From the human T2T-CHM13v2.0 reference genome, Homo sapiens, in the NCBI RefSeq assembly GCF_009914755.1, contig NC_060931.1: a stretch of DNA of 64,000 nt. One strand, written 5' to 3'. Position numbers and translations under genes: made by a program. Below the pieces are notes generated by a model. The model was not told where the DNA came from. It saw nothing but the letters and a program-made list of their open reading frames with translations, and made no database searches. Shown here piece after piece: positions 1 through 13,600 of the stretch (its first letter is position 1; every line of letters starts with the position of its first letter).

Positions 1-1069
1 TAATGTTAGTTCTATCATGTAAATCTTTGCTTTATATTGAATGTGGCTTGAAATTATTGTAAGGTTCACATCTTTATTTGAAAATCATTTAATTCAATGG
101 TTCTATATCATGAAAATGTTTTTCATACATCTGCTTTTCTTTCTCCTCTCTGTTGGAAGTGGTTTGATTGTTTGGCAAATGTGCATAGCATTCTTAGAAC
201 TCTATTCAGTTTGCTCAAACTATTATACCTGGAAATTGTAGATTCATATGATGACAAAAAAATAGTTTCGATCTTTGTTACTACTTGCTGTTTGCAGAAT
301 TTGGTTCCACATTATTTTTATTCAGCATGAATTATTTAAGAATAAGACATATCAATGAAAACATTTTACACACTTACAAAAAGGAATGATTTTTGCTTTT
401 CATTTCATATTCACCCTTTGCTCCATGCTGTACAATTCAGCTTTTTAACAATTGTACCTTAATGTTACTGGTAACTTAGGGTCTACTTCGTCCCTTGTAT
501 TATGCTGATTAGTGAGTACAGATTTATTTATTTACTACTTTCATCTTTTTGCAAACAGAGTGACTCTATATATACATAGAAAAAGGATTTATTTCCATCA
601 GAGAAATGAAACTTGATGCCTCAGTTTTGATTTTGAATCAAATAAAACGTAAGTCACAATTCATAGAAAGTCAGGCTAACAGGGATTATTAAATCAAATT
701 ACTTCCATTTACAGAAGAAAGGTTTAGGAAATTTAAGCCTCCTCCTTAAGACCCCAGGATTAACTGTTTTACCTTATTTTATCATCGAATTTGGGTAAAG
801 TATCTCCTTTCTATCTGTTTCTGTGCCTTTTTGCAAATCGCACTAAATATAGATCAAGTGGCCAATACATATGATGCCCAATTCTCACAAAGCACCAATC
901 ATTAATACCTTTTATATTTGCCTTGGGCATAAATCTAGCCACCATCTTCCCTCCTATTTCTCCCAAGTCTTAAAAAGCTTGAAAAGCTCCACTTATTTTC
1001 TGAAGGTTGGGAAATACTTGTTCTACACAGTTAAACAAGTCATCTCTAAGACAGAATTTTCTCATCTGG

Positions 1070-3450
1070 AAACATGAAACATCTCTCCATTTATTTAGTT
1101 TTTTATGTTTTAAATTTTTCTTCATCTAGGTCCTACACTTCTTGTTGTGTTTTCCCTAGGTTATTTATAATTATTATTATAAATGGAATAATTTGGGAGT
1201 CACATTTCAAATTGGTTTTGCTAATATATGAGAAAACAATTGAGTTTTGTATTTTGATCTACCCCTCTTAAAACCTTATTTTATTACTTATTAAAATTGA
1301 TACTCTTGAATTTCTGAGGTAGAAAGTAGTGTTGTTTTGACTAGGTGTATTAGTTCTTTTTCATGCTGCTAATACAGACATACCCATGACTGGGTAATTA
1401 TAAAGAAAAAGAGGCTTAATGGACTCACAGTTCCACATGGCTGGCAAGGCCTCACAATCATGGCTGAAGGCAAAGGAGGAGCAAAGGCACGACTTACATG
1501 ATGGCAGGCAAGAGAGCATGTGCAGGGGAACTGCCCTTTATAAAACCATCGGATCTTGTGAGACTTACTCACTATCACCAGAACAGCATGGGAAAAACCT
1601 GCCCACCTGATTCAATTATCTCCTACCCGGTCCCTCCCATGACATGTGGGGATTATTACAATTCAAGGTGAGATTTGGGTGAGGAATAGCACCAAACCAT
1701 ATCACGAGGAAAGTTTGAGTTTTTCTTTACGTTTTAAATTTCTAGTCCAATGTTGTAGGGCAGCAATGGTGGTGGGCATATTTGCCTTTTCCCTGATGTT
1801 AGTAGAAAAGTTTCTGATGTTTCATATATAGTATGTATCATATCTTCTCTGGGATTCTGACTGATACTTATTATCATGTAAAGGAAGATTTTTTTTCTGA
1901 GATTACCAGAGAGGAATTTTATTAAAAATTGAAGCAAGTGTTGGATTTCATTATATCATTTTGAGACAGTTATTGAGTCATAGAATAATTATTCTGATTT
2001 TCTTTTTAAACCAATAATTATTTATATAATTTAAAATTTTCTCATGTGTTTAAATTTTTGTGGCTATTTTATTGTTTTGTGTTTATTTTTGCTGCTCTGT
2101 ACTACAGCATTTAGCCCGTATGATTTCTACTTTTTGATTTTGTTAACATAACTATGTGGTCAATGTTTGTCAGTGTGAGCTTTTTGTTTGAAAGGAATAG
2201 GTATCCTCTGTTAGGTAGAGGGTTCTTTATATATATGTTGATTAGATTAAGACAGTTAAATGCATTATTCAAAACTATTATATCCTTATTTAGTGTCTGC
2301 TTAACCTCTTGATTAGTTAGAGGTAGTTTCCCACTGTGTTTGTAGATTTTATATTTTTCTCCATGTTTCTATTAAGTTTTAATTTTATATTTTGAAGCCA
2401 ATTACCAGGTTTACAAAATGCTTCTTAGTAAAAGCATACGTTTTGTCGGTGTGAAACACTTCTCTTCATTTACATAATCAGTTTTATTTTAAATTATTCT
2501 TTGTTTGGTGTTAATATTGCTGTATTTATTTTTATGGGAGAATTGACATTTTGAAATGGTAAGACCTCTTATCTAACAATGAACTATGCCTTTCCCTTTT
2601 TTCAAATTTTGCCTTATGTTATTTAAAATAATTGCATAATTTTAAAATTTATATATGGGCCCATATATTACTTACTGATTTTTATTAAATGTTTGTTAAA
2701 TATTACTTGATACAAACTTTTGTCATTTAGAAACTACTGTTTCTAAAACTAAAAATTTCTCCACATTTTTATTCTAGTTTGCTAGACTCAGGAAAGATTG
2801 ATTTTTGTTTACATATCTAGAATCTAACCAATTTATCAGATTATCTTGATTCTTGAATTATTTATATTTTTTAACTAAAGTGTCTCTGGATTTCTAGGTA
2901 TAAAATCATATAATCAAATGCAAGAGATAGCTTTATGTATTCTGTGTTTATGAGTATTAATTTTCATGTCTTATTGATTTTTTTAGAACCTTACAGAAAA
3001 CGATGAATAATTATAATTTTAAGACAGTTTTATCCAGTTCCTAATTTTAGTTGATTTTATTATTTTATCATTTAGATTTTAGTAAATAGTTTTAATTATA
3101 TTTCAACTTTTCTTTCTATTCCTTTTATTATGAGTGGTTGTTTACTTTTTTAATGTAATGCTGAAATAAATTTTATTAACAGACTTACTGATTTTGAAAT
3201 GTCCCTTGCATTTCTGGAATAACTTAACTTGGTCTTAATGTATTGTTTTTGTGACATGTGGCTAGATTCTTTTTGCTAATATTTTATTTAAAATGTTTAT
3301 TTCTGTATCATGAGTTTATATTAAAATGTTTATTTCTATATCTAAAAAAGTCATAAGTATCTTTTTAATATCTTTTTTACTTATTAATTCTTTTACTATA
3401 TTTAACAACTTTTGGTTGTTAAAGTATCCTGAGTTCATAAAATAAATTTA
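1070..3450 (-). mobile_element. Patchwork of highly decayed old L1 (L1M-type) fragments
   Basis: T-rich sequence with antisense L1 ORF2-like phrases (e.g. tgagttttgtattttgatct, ccttgcatttctggaataacttaacttggtc). Boundaries are approximate. Confidence 0.55.
1346..1704 (-). mobile_element. THE1-family MaLR solo LTR
   Basis: Starts tgtattag and ends aaaccatatca. Contains the typical ggactcacagttccacatggctgg and aaaaccatcggatcttgtgagac. Flanked by a 5-bp TSD ctagg/cgagg. Confidence 0.93.
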
Positions 3451-3454
3451 GAAG

Positions 3455-4331
3455 TTTTTTTTTTTTATTATACTTTAAGTTCTGGGATACATGTGCGGAA
3501 CGTGCAGGTTTGTTATATAGGTATACACGTGCCATGGTTTGCTGCACCCATCAACCCGTCATCTACATTAGGTGTTTCTCCTAATGCTATCCCTCCCCTA
3601 GCCCCCCACCCCACAAAGGCCCTGGTGTGTGATGTTCCCCTCCATGTGTCCATGTGTTCTCATTGTTAAACTCCCACCTATGAGTGAGAACATGCGGTGT
3701 TTGGTTTTCTGTTCTTGTGTTAGTTTGCTGCGAATGATGGTTTCCAGCTTCATCCATGTCCCTACAAAGGACATGAACTTGTACTTTTTTATGGCTGCAT
3801 AGTATTCCATGGTGTTTATGTGCCACATTTTCTTTATCCAGTCTATCATTGATGAGCATTTGGGTTGGTTCCAAGTCTTTGCTATTGTGAAGAGTAAACA
3901 TACATGTGCATGTGTCTTTATAGTAGAATGATTTATAATCCTTTGGGTATATACCCAGTAATGGGATTGCTGGGTCAAATGGTATTTCTGGTTCTAGATC
4001 CTTGAGGAATCGCCACACTGTCTTCCACAATGGTTGAACTAATTTACACTCCCACCGACAGTGTAAAAGCATTTCTATTTCTCCACATCCTCTCCAGCAT
4101 CTGTTGTTTCCTGACTTTTTAATGATCACCATTCTAACTGGTGTGAGATGGTATATCTCTGTGGTTTTGATTTGCATTTCTTTAATGACCAGTGATGCAT
4201 TTTTTCTCATATGTTTGTTGGCTGCATAAATGTCTTCTTTTGAGAAGTGTCTGTTCATATCCTTTGCCCACTTTTTGATGGGGTTTTTTTTCTTGTAAAT
4301 TTGTTTAAGTTCTTTGTAGATTCTGGATATT
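3455..4331 (-). mobile_element. 5'-truncated L1PA (about L1PA7) 3' end
   Basis: Poly-T followed by tattatactttaagttctggga. ORF 3587..4258 encodes the L1 ORF2p C-terminus ([28 protein letters not shown]). Confidence 0.95.
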
Positions 4332-4359
4332 TTAAAAAATCTTTTTCTATGGTCTAGAT

Positions 4360-6360
4360 CTAGAACAATTGTTTTTAAGTTTAGTAAAACTAAGAATCAA
4401 CATATAGCAAAGTTGAAAGATGTTTACTGAGAACTTCATATAACTAAAATTGAATCCTACCATTCACTTTTTACCATAATTGCTTTGTCGTATATCAGTC
4501 TATACCTCTCTTCACCCACCAATCTTTATGTTGTCACTTGATGCATTTAAAAATAAATTTCAATTTCTTGTCACTTTCCCTAAATATTTTTTTATGCCTT
4601 TCACTAACTATAGTTCAATTTTGTTTATGGTTTTATCCTTTTGGAATTTCTGATGAAATTTATGATGAAATGCATAACTTCTAAGTATACATTCCTTCAC
4701 TTTTGGATGTATACACTGATATAACTCACACCCCTATGAAGATTAAAATAGATGATCATAACTCAGGAAGTTTCCCTCACTTTATCCCTGTTTCCAGCCT
4801 ATGCAATTAGCCACTATTCTGATTTTGTCCCCCCACAGATTAATTTGTCAGTTCTAGAACTTAATATAAATGGAATCATCAGCATATACTGTTTATGTAA
4901 AGTTTTTTTCAGTGAACACAATTTGTTTTCAGATGCGTCTATTTTGTTGTATCAGTTTTTATTCATGAGTGGTATACCATTGCGTGAATATACCACAGCT
5001 TGCTTATCCATTCTCCTATTAATGAACACCTAGACTGTTTCCAGTCTTCAGCTATTATGAGTAAAATGGCTATGAATTTACTTGTACTAGTCTTTGGATA
5101 TATGTTTTCATTCCTCTTAGGTCAATATCTGGGAGTGGAATTGCTGAATCATGGGTATGGTTTATGCTTAGTTAGATAAGAAACTGTCATGCTTTTGCCC
5201 AGTGTGGTTGTATGGTTTTACATTCAACAACAACAAAAAATAGAATGTTGGTTTTTCCCATTTCTCCATGGCTAACCTTTCTTCATTGGTTTATTTTAAA
5301 ATGTGTTTTATCTAAAAAGCAGAGAGATGAAAATCTTTTAATGAGAGAACTCAGTCAATGTATAGTTGGTGAAATCACTTATATACCAGATTTTATTCTT
5401 TTTGGATTTATGCCTTATATAATTTTTAAATTCTCAATGATTTTCTCTTTTCCTTATTTTTACTGACATTTGCAAATGGCTTTTTATTTCCTTCTCATTT
5501 TAAATTGGAAATTCGATTTTACATTTTAAATTCATTAATAGTTAATTTTCCCCTCCCAGAACTCACTCAAATATATTTTGATTTATTTGAAAACAAATCA
5601 AATTTAATAAATTTTTTTTCCACCATGGTGCTCTATTTCTCCCTGGCTCCATCCCCACAATTAAAATCTTCAAAATGCTTTTATTCTCTCATTTTTAACT
5701 CCCATTGCCTCCTCTATCAACTTCCAAATTTTGAGGATTTAATTTAGTAAACAACTATTTTTTGCTCCTGATAATTATTAGGATTTACCTTGAAATGTAT
5801 AACTCATGTTTCATAAAACACTTTTCTATTCAGTCTTTATACTTTTAGATCTCTCTCTCTCTGTCTCTTTCTCTCACACACACTCGAAATTTCATTGTTT
5901 CTTATGCTTTAATTTTCTTTCCCTTTTTAAAAAAAATATTTATTTCTCATTTTGGTCCATGTGTTGTTTGGTAAGAGTTTTTTTCTTGAGTGTTTCTTCA
6001 GATGTAGAAGATATAATCTCTGCATTTTTGCATGTTTTCAAATCTTCCTTTTTTTCTGGCAGGTGAATGATATTCTGGTACAGTGTTAAATTTTTGGATA
6101 GGAGTCCTTTTCTCTCAGAGTTTATAGATGTTTTTCTACTCTCTTCTAGCTTTCTGGTGTGAATGAGAAGTTTATTGCAGTCTTGAGATTGTAAGATATC
6201 TCTTTATCCTTTGAAATTAGAAATTTTTGAAATTTACCTAGTTCACATATTTTTTATTAATCTCACTGGTAATTGTTGCAGTTTATCAATCTGTAGGATT
6301 TTACCATCATTGGGAAATTTCTTCTATTTGTTTAATTAATGCCTCTCTTCCATCTGTTCC
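4360..6360 (-). mobile_element. Old L1M (L1MB/MC/ME-like) 3' UTR and ORF2 fragments
   Basis: Antisense L1M 3' end phrases (gttctagaacttaatataaatggaatcat, ctgtttccagtcttcagctattatgagtaaa, gagtggaattgctgaatcat). Confidence 0.65.
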
Positions 6361-6445
6361 CATGTCCACAGTGCCCAAGGTTTTACTGTACTTCATTCAC
6401 AGTGGAACTTGCAGATTGGCTATAAAGAGGCCAAGAGGCCAGAGC

Positions 6446-8288
6446 TTTATTTAATTATTTATTTATTTATTTATTTTTATTTTATACTTTAAGTTCTGGG
6501 GTACATGTGCCGAACGTGCAGGTTTGTTACATAGGTATACACGTACCATGGTGGTTTGCTGCACCCATCAACCCGTCATCTATATTAGGTATTTCTCCCA
6601 ATGCTATCCTTCCCCTAGCCTCCCACCCCACAAAGGCCCTGGTGTGTGATGTTCCCCTCCATGTGTCCATGTGTTCTCATTGTTCAACTCCCATTTATGA
6701 GTGAGAACATGCAGTGTTTGGTTTTCTGTTCTTGTGTTAGTTTGCTGCGAATGATGGTTTCCAGCTTCATCCATGTCCCTGCAAAGGGCATGAACTCGTA
6801 CTTTTTTATGGCTGCATAGTATTCCATGATGTATATGTGCCACATTTTCTTTATCCAGTCTATCATTGATGAGCATTTGGGTTGGTTCCAAGTCTTTGCT
6901 ATTGTGAAGAGTGCCGCAATAAACATACATGTGCATGTGTCTTTATAGTAGAATGATTTATAATCCTTTGGGTATATACCCAGTAATGGGATTGCTGGGT
7001 CAAATGGTATTTCTGGTTCTAGATCCTTGAGGAATCACCACACTGTCTTCCACAATGGTTGAACTAATTTACACCCCCACCAACAATGTAGAAGTGTTCC
7101 TATTTCTCCACATCCTCTCCAGCATCTGTTGTTTCCTGACTTTTTAATGATCACCATCACCATTCTAACTGGTGTGAGATGGTATCTCATTGTGGTTTGA
7201 TTTGATTTGCATTTCTCTAAAGACCAGTAATGATGATCTTTTTTTCATGTTTTTTTGGCTTCATAAATGTCTTCTTTTGAGAAGTGTCTGTTCCTATTCT
7301 TCACCCACTTTTTGATGGGGTTGTTGTTTTTTTTCTTGTAAATTTAAGTTCTTTGTAGATTCTGGATATTAGTCCTTTGTCAGATGGATAGATTGCAAAC
7401 ATCTTCTCCCATTCTGTAGGTTGCCTGTTCATTCTGATCATAGTTTCTTTTGCTGTGCAGAAGCTCTTTAGTTTAATTAGATCCCATTTGTCAATTTTGG
7501 CTTTTGTTGCCATTGCTTTTGGTGTTTTAGTCATGAAGTCTTTGCCCATGCCTATGTCCTGAATGGTATTGCCTAGGTTTTCTTCAAGAGTTCTTATGGT
7601 TTTAGGTCTGACGTTTAAGCCTTTAAACCATCTTGAGTTCATTTTTGTATAAGGTGTAAGGAAGGGGTCCAGTTTTAGGTTTCTGCATATGGCTAGCCAG
7701 TTTTCCCAACACCATTTATTAAATAGGGAATTCTTTCCTCATTCCTTGTTTTTGTCAGGTTTGTCAAGGATCAGATGGTTGTAGATGTGTAGTGTTTTTT
7801 CTGAGGTCTCTGTTCTGTTCCATTGGTCTATATATCTGTTTTGGTACCAGTACCATGCTGTTTTGGTTGCTGTAGCCTTGTAGTGTAGTTTGAAGTCAGG
7901 GAGCGTGATGCCTCCAGCTTTGTTCTTTTGGCTTAGGATTGTCTTGGCTATGCAGGCTCTTTTTTGGTTCCATATGAAGTTTAAAGTAGTTTTTCTAATT
8001 CTGTGAAGAAAGTCAATGGTAGCTTGATGGGGATAGCACTGAGTCTATAAATTACTTTGGGCAGTATGGACATTTTTATGATATTGATTCTTCCTATCCA
8101 TGAGCATGGAATGTTTTTCCATTTGTTCATGTCCTCTCTGATTTCCTTGAGCAGTGGTTTGTAGTTCTCCTTGAAGAGGTCCTTCATATCCCTTGTAAGT
8201 TGTATTCCTAGGTATTTTATTCTGTTTCTAGCAATTGTGAATGGGAGTTGACTCATGATTTGGCTGTCTGTCTATTATTGGTGAATAG
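6446..8288 (-). mobile_element. 5'-truncated L1PA (about L1PA7), about 1.85 kb
   Basis: (TTTA)n tail, L1PA 3' UTR, and ORF2p peptides in ORFs 7301..7642 ([18 protein letters not shown]) and 7981..8256 ([24 protein letters not shown]). Confidence 0.95.
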
Positions 8289-8838
8289 AGGAGGAACAAG
8301 TCACAGTGGAGTTACCATGTTTCCCACATAGCCTGTCTTCCTTCCACCTATATTAATTATATTTCTTTTAAAGTTTTATTTTTAATGTGGTACTATTTAT
8401 GTTCCCAATATTTTTTTTTTTTCTGTTGAATTGAGCATCTCTTTTTCTTGGTGTTGGTTCTCTCACATGTCTGGTGATGTAGGGTTTTAGGCTCCTTTTT
8501 GTATTTGAGATTCCTTGTTCACTTAATTTTGCTGTAGCCTGTCTTCCAGTGTAGGAAGAGGAGCTATGTGTATCAGGTGCGCTTGTCAGAAAGTTGACTT
8601 CTAAATTTTGGGCTTCTCTATCCTGCCTTGGGGTAAGTGACTGTGTGGGGCAATGGCTTGTTTTCTTGGTCATGGAGTACTTCTTTGCTGCAGTAGTGGG
8701 ATAGAGCTGACAGTACTTACTCCCTAGAGCTGATTATTAAAAATTCAGGAATTTTTCAAGCACATCTGTTTGTTGTTTAAAATTGAAATATTAGAAATAT
8801 TACACCATGGAATTAATCAAACACCACAAATCAAGGCT

Positions 8839-9098
8839 TTTTTTCTTTCCCTCCCTCTTTCTCTATTCCCTTCCCTTCTCTTCCCTTCCTTTCCCTTCCC
8901 TTCCCTTCTTTTCCCTTCCCTTCCCTTCCCTTCCCTTCCCTTCCCTTCCCTTCCCTTCCCTTCCCTCCCATCCCCTCCCCTCACCCCCCTCCCCTCTCCC
9001 CCTTCCCTCTCCCTCCCTCCCTTTCCTCTTTCCTTCCCTCTCTCCTTCCCTTCCTCCTTTCCTTCCCTCTCTCCTTCCCTTCCTCCTTTCCTTTTTCT
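8839..9098. repeat. Polypyrimidine/polypurine tract with (CCCTT)n core
   Basis: About 260 bp almost entirely C/T, with a run of cccttcccttccctt. Confidence 0.95.
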
Positions 9099-9499
9099 GG
9101 AGAGTCACTTTACCAGCACACCACTGAAAAAGCTGCTGGAATGTGTTCTGTGGCACACATGAGGTTGGGGGGGAGGGATCACTTGGCCCAGCTGCTGGCA
9201 CTAAACTCCTCTGATTAGTCTTCTTCACAATGTCCCAAAGCCACTTCACATTGCTACTTTATTGATTTTGAGAATTATTTTAAGTGGAAGTGCTTGCATC
9301 CTGGGATCACAGTTATTTAAAAAATTTGGATCTCACTCTTCCTTTGCATAAGCTTTTCAGATATGTCCCCTTACTGCTGATACCTGTCCTGCCTAAGCAC
9401 AGAATCACTTTCTTCTACTGTCAGCCCATACTTGAACTGTTCATTGCTGTCCTGCATCAATTTCTCATTATTGACTAGGCTGTATTGATGAGTATATAT

Positions 9500-10690
9500 A
9501 CTACTCTAGGGTCTTCCTTTTGATAAATAAGAAGTACAGAACTACTCCTGTCTTGATCCATCATCTCTGGCTACCATCCAATTTCTGCTCCTTGTCTCTA
9601 TTTTCATACCTCCTACTTATGCTTAATCTCACTCTGTCACTTCAGTGAAACTGGTCTTGTCAGTCACCAATGATCTTCATTTTTCTGAATCCCATGGAGT
9701 GCTAAATGTTGGATTGCTTTAGAGCTTGTTCCTAATGTATCTTATTCTATCTATTTCATTCTTCTAGACCTATTTTTAAAATACAACATATATACTAATG
9801 ATTCTCAAATGTATTTATGTAAATCTGACCTCTTCTCTGAGTATCTCATATAGACAAATATTTAATTGATGCCTTCATTTAGAAGTCTAATAAGCTTTTC
9901 AAACTCTGCACATTCATAATGGAACTCTAGATTTCCTTCCCGAACCTATTCCTTTCTTAGGCTGTCTCGGATTAATCATCTTCCTAGTGGCTCAAATAAA
10001 AAATTAAGGAGTTGTTATTATTTCCCTTTTTCTTTTGTTATGCATTTGCAAATCACAAGGAACCAGTCTCCATTCCTGTAAAACATATTTCAAATCCATA
10101 TACCTCTATTCTTTTCACTGCCACCATGTTCTTCACACCCTCTACTATTTCTTAACTGGAGTGCTGCAATAGTATCCTAATAGGTCCCTCTGTAATTCCT
10201 TCTTTACAAACCAGTCTTTACAGAACACTATTAAATCATACCACTTTCATGCCCAGAGCCTTCAGTGGCTTCCCAGTGCACTTAGAATAAGGTCCCATCT
10301 CTTGAGTATGGCCTAGCAGTTGGTACCTACTGTTTTCTTCTCAAACTTCATTGAGTATTGCCCTCTTCCTTCTCTCTAATCATGTCTTTTTCTGACTCAG
10401 GACCTTGGGACTTACTTTTTTTCTTCCTGAAATTTTCTCATATTACTGTCCCTTTTATATCCCTTGGTTCTCAGTTCAAAAGTCATTGAGCATCCTGTCA
10501 CCCCTTATAAATACTTGTGCTTTAATAAGGAGTGCTTTAAATGCTTTAAGTAACTTACCGCTATCTGAAATAATCTGCCTTGATCATGTATTTACTTAAA
10601 AAAATCGTCTTCGGAATTGAATACAATTTCTTCGAGGTCAAGAACTTTGTCTTTTTCACTGCTTTATCTCTAGCTCTAGAATGATAGATA
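9500..10690 (+). mobile_element. LINE-2 (L2) remnant
   Basis: L2 phrases: gtcaccaatgatcttcat, atgattctcaaatgtat, cttcagtggcttcccagtgcacttagaataa, and a 3' end gaggtcaagaactttgtc...tctctagctctagaa. Confidence 0.75.
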
Positions 10691-13600
10691 GTATTGGCCT
10701 TTAAGGTGAAGTAAAAATAGTCCAAGGGGGACATAAACATTGACAGTTTTAAGAGATATTCACTTCCAGTTCACCTTCCATTATGTACTCTTTTCTAAAA
10801 TTGATCTGCTTGAGAATCCATCATTCAGATTATTTCCCAATTCCCTTTTAACAATAGTTTCTATACCTTTTTCTTTTTTAAAGCAAACCCTATTTCCTGA
10901 TTATCTTAATATCATGTGTTTCTCTAAGGTATCAAAACTTCTGGTGGACCAAAAAATGGATCAACTGGAAATATTAGTAATGAAATTGAGAAAGTGAAAC
11001 ACTCTGTTGTCTGGGTAACAAGTAGTCTTGTGATTCAGTTGGTTTCCAATTAAAAGCTTTCATTGTAAGAAAGACTGATTGCAATTTAAAAATTATGAAT
11101 CCATATACATTTTTTTTTTTGCCATATAACTCAGACGCCATTCAAAGAATTGAGTGGCTTTGTTATAACAAATTCTTTTTATTCACCTCTACTCTTTGAC
11201 TTTGGGATTATTCGTTAATTTTACCATTATTTTAGAGACAAGACTGAATCAATTTTAAAAATCCCTAAACTTGAAAACAAATGGAAACCAGTGGATTTAA
11301 AAGTAGATCTTGTTTGTGAGAAGTGTGTATCTAGCTAATTTACTTAGCTAATGACTTTGGGCAATGCCATTTGCTGGATGCATGTGGCAGCCCAGACATC
11401 TAGTTAGATGGGAAGTGGGTCTCAATTTCCGGAGTCTGAGGGTAGCATGTGTCAAAAACACAGGACAAGTAGGAGAGGGAAAGGAAGTTAGTTTAGAAAG
11501 CAGAATTGGAGAAGTAAAACAGTTCGTATAAAAGTGAATTTTCACAAACTCAGATATACAAAAATGCTTTACTTAATTGTATCTTAGTATCTGTCTTGAA
11601 CCCACCATGCCTAAAAACAGGAAACTTTACCTGCCATTCTCAAGTAAACTGAATAAAGCTCAGAGATTTTACATCACTTCTGATAGTAAGGATGTATTTT
11701 GAGGTTCAGCCTCTCTTCTCTTGAGTTATAGTTATATTTCAGGGTGCTTAGATTTATTTTACATCTTGGGGTTGGAGTTTGGAGAGGAATATCTGGTTTC
11801 CACTGTCCTCTGTCCATTCGGACCTGTTTGTTTTATGGAAGCTGGCATCTGTCCCACCACCATCTACTGCTGCTGTTTGCAGTCCCAGCATGGTCCCTGT
11901 CACTACCTACACCACCTTTGCTGACAGTACACCTTTGTCGAAACCATGGGACCCCTTTATGTTTTTCTGTCTTCTCTGAGTCATTGTTGTGTTCATCTTG
12001 GGTAACCAGGAAATAGTAGATGCTCTCATACCCTCTGTGGTCACGGCTAATTGGGAAGCTGCCTCAGTTATTTTCTTCTGCCATCATTTCTGTTTCTGGT
12101 TGCAGCACTATGTTGGGGCAGGAAAGAATTCAGAATACCTTGTGTTCTGTGTTCAGGTCACTCAAATTTTAAATAGAATTTCTATGTATGCTGGGCTTCC
12201 AATGCATTGAGATGAGTTCGTGTGTATGCTGATTCTTCCTGATCATTAGAAAATAAAGTTACATTGGTTAAGGGATTGAATAGCAGATGGAGAAGAGAGC
12301 GATGAAATAAACTGCCAGTGGGAACCTCAGCACAGGGAACTTACACACACACATGCACATGCGATTGAAAGCCCTGACTTTAAAATAATTCTATCTGTGG
12401 CTTTCAAGATCCAAGAATGTGATTCTTTATTCTTGTCTGTATCATTCCGGAGTGAGAGGGGGTCTCTAGAATTCTGCACCCTGATTGACGGAAAAAGATA
12501 AAGAGTCCAAGGAAATTAGTAGAGAGTGTCCATTAATTATCAACAAGAGGGCAGATGACTGGCCAGTCTCTGAGAGGCAAGAGTAGTTTCCAAATGAAAT
12601 TGCTAGTTTTAGTTACAAGAAATGTAGACCAGGTAGAAAAGGTCAGGTACAAAGAAGAGTGACCTAAGTTTTCAAAAGAAGGCTGACAGGTCTGGGATGC
12701 ATTTCAGAAGAATAAGGTATAGAATGGAAGCTGTACAGGGCAGAGAGTCCTAGAACAGCACCATTGGGTTTTGAGTGTTGACACCATGGTAGGCATGAAT
12801 TGTCCTCAGCCCTGCTTTGATCCCTCTTCTCCTCAGGGCAGGTGGGAAGAGGTTTGAAGAAATGGGATGCTTCTCAGAGTAGATCCCATAGGTGCCTATG
12901 GCTGGGAATTGCAGTCTAGGCAGCGAACTAGGGTCTAACAAAGTTCTTGTTTTCAATTTCCTTGTTTCAAGAGAATTTGAATTCCCTGAACACATGGAGC
13001 AAAATGGGTTCCTAAATGAACTCTCTGCTACAGTTCACTCCTCTTATCTGAGTTGTTATTTTTTATACTAACTCAGAGCCCTGGGATACTCACTGAGAGT
13101 TCAACTACACTAAGGACTTACCACATACATCCTAAAGATTACATGATACGATTCGGGACTGGTAACCAATAGGTAATACACTTCTTTTTACCCTGTTGTT
13201 AAGGATATATATGGTTATATGTATAGGATTGTATAGCTGCATATTGGGTGTGTACATTAGCAGGAAAATCCAGATCTATCGTCTTTCCCTACTTTTTGAC
13301 CTTCTCTTATACCATCTGACTCCCCAAATATTTTTAAAGACTTATCTTCTGCTTTCATCTCTGTGGCTTGCAAGAGACAAGAAGAATTAAGAGTTGGCCC
13401 AGCATTTTGGAAAAGCTGTACCCAGCCCCTGGCCCTCTTAATGGTGGGTTATAAGTTTTCATCTATTGTATCCATATCTCTTGTCTATATCCTTAAATAG
13501 TGCCTGGCTTATTTTTCTACACTGAAATTAAGCATTCTGTTGTTCACAGTTACATTCTATAATTTTTTTCATGTGATGTGAGTTGTCTGCTCTTGGATGA

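Noticed and set aside
3587-4258. Longest ORF (223 aa) as a gene
   Set aside because: It is the L1 ORF2p C-terminus running, after a frameshift, into the L1 3' UTR of a truncated element.
8770-9249. ORFs with FPSLP / GREGK repeats
   Set aside because: These are translations of the (CCCTT)n low-complexity tract.
10929-11340. Possible small coding exons (GIKTSGGPKNGSTGNISNEIEK...; DKTESILKIPKLENKWKPVDLK...)
   Set aside because: Splice sites are weak, the phases do not join into an open frame, and no protein is recognised.
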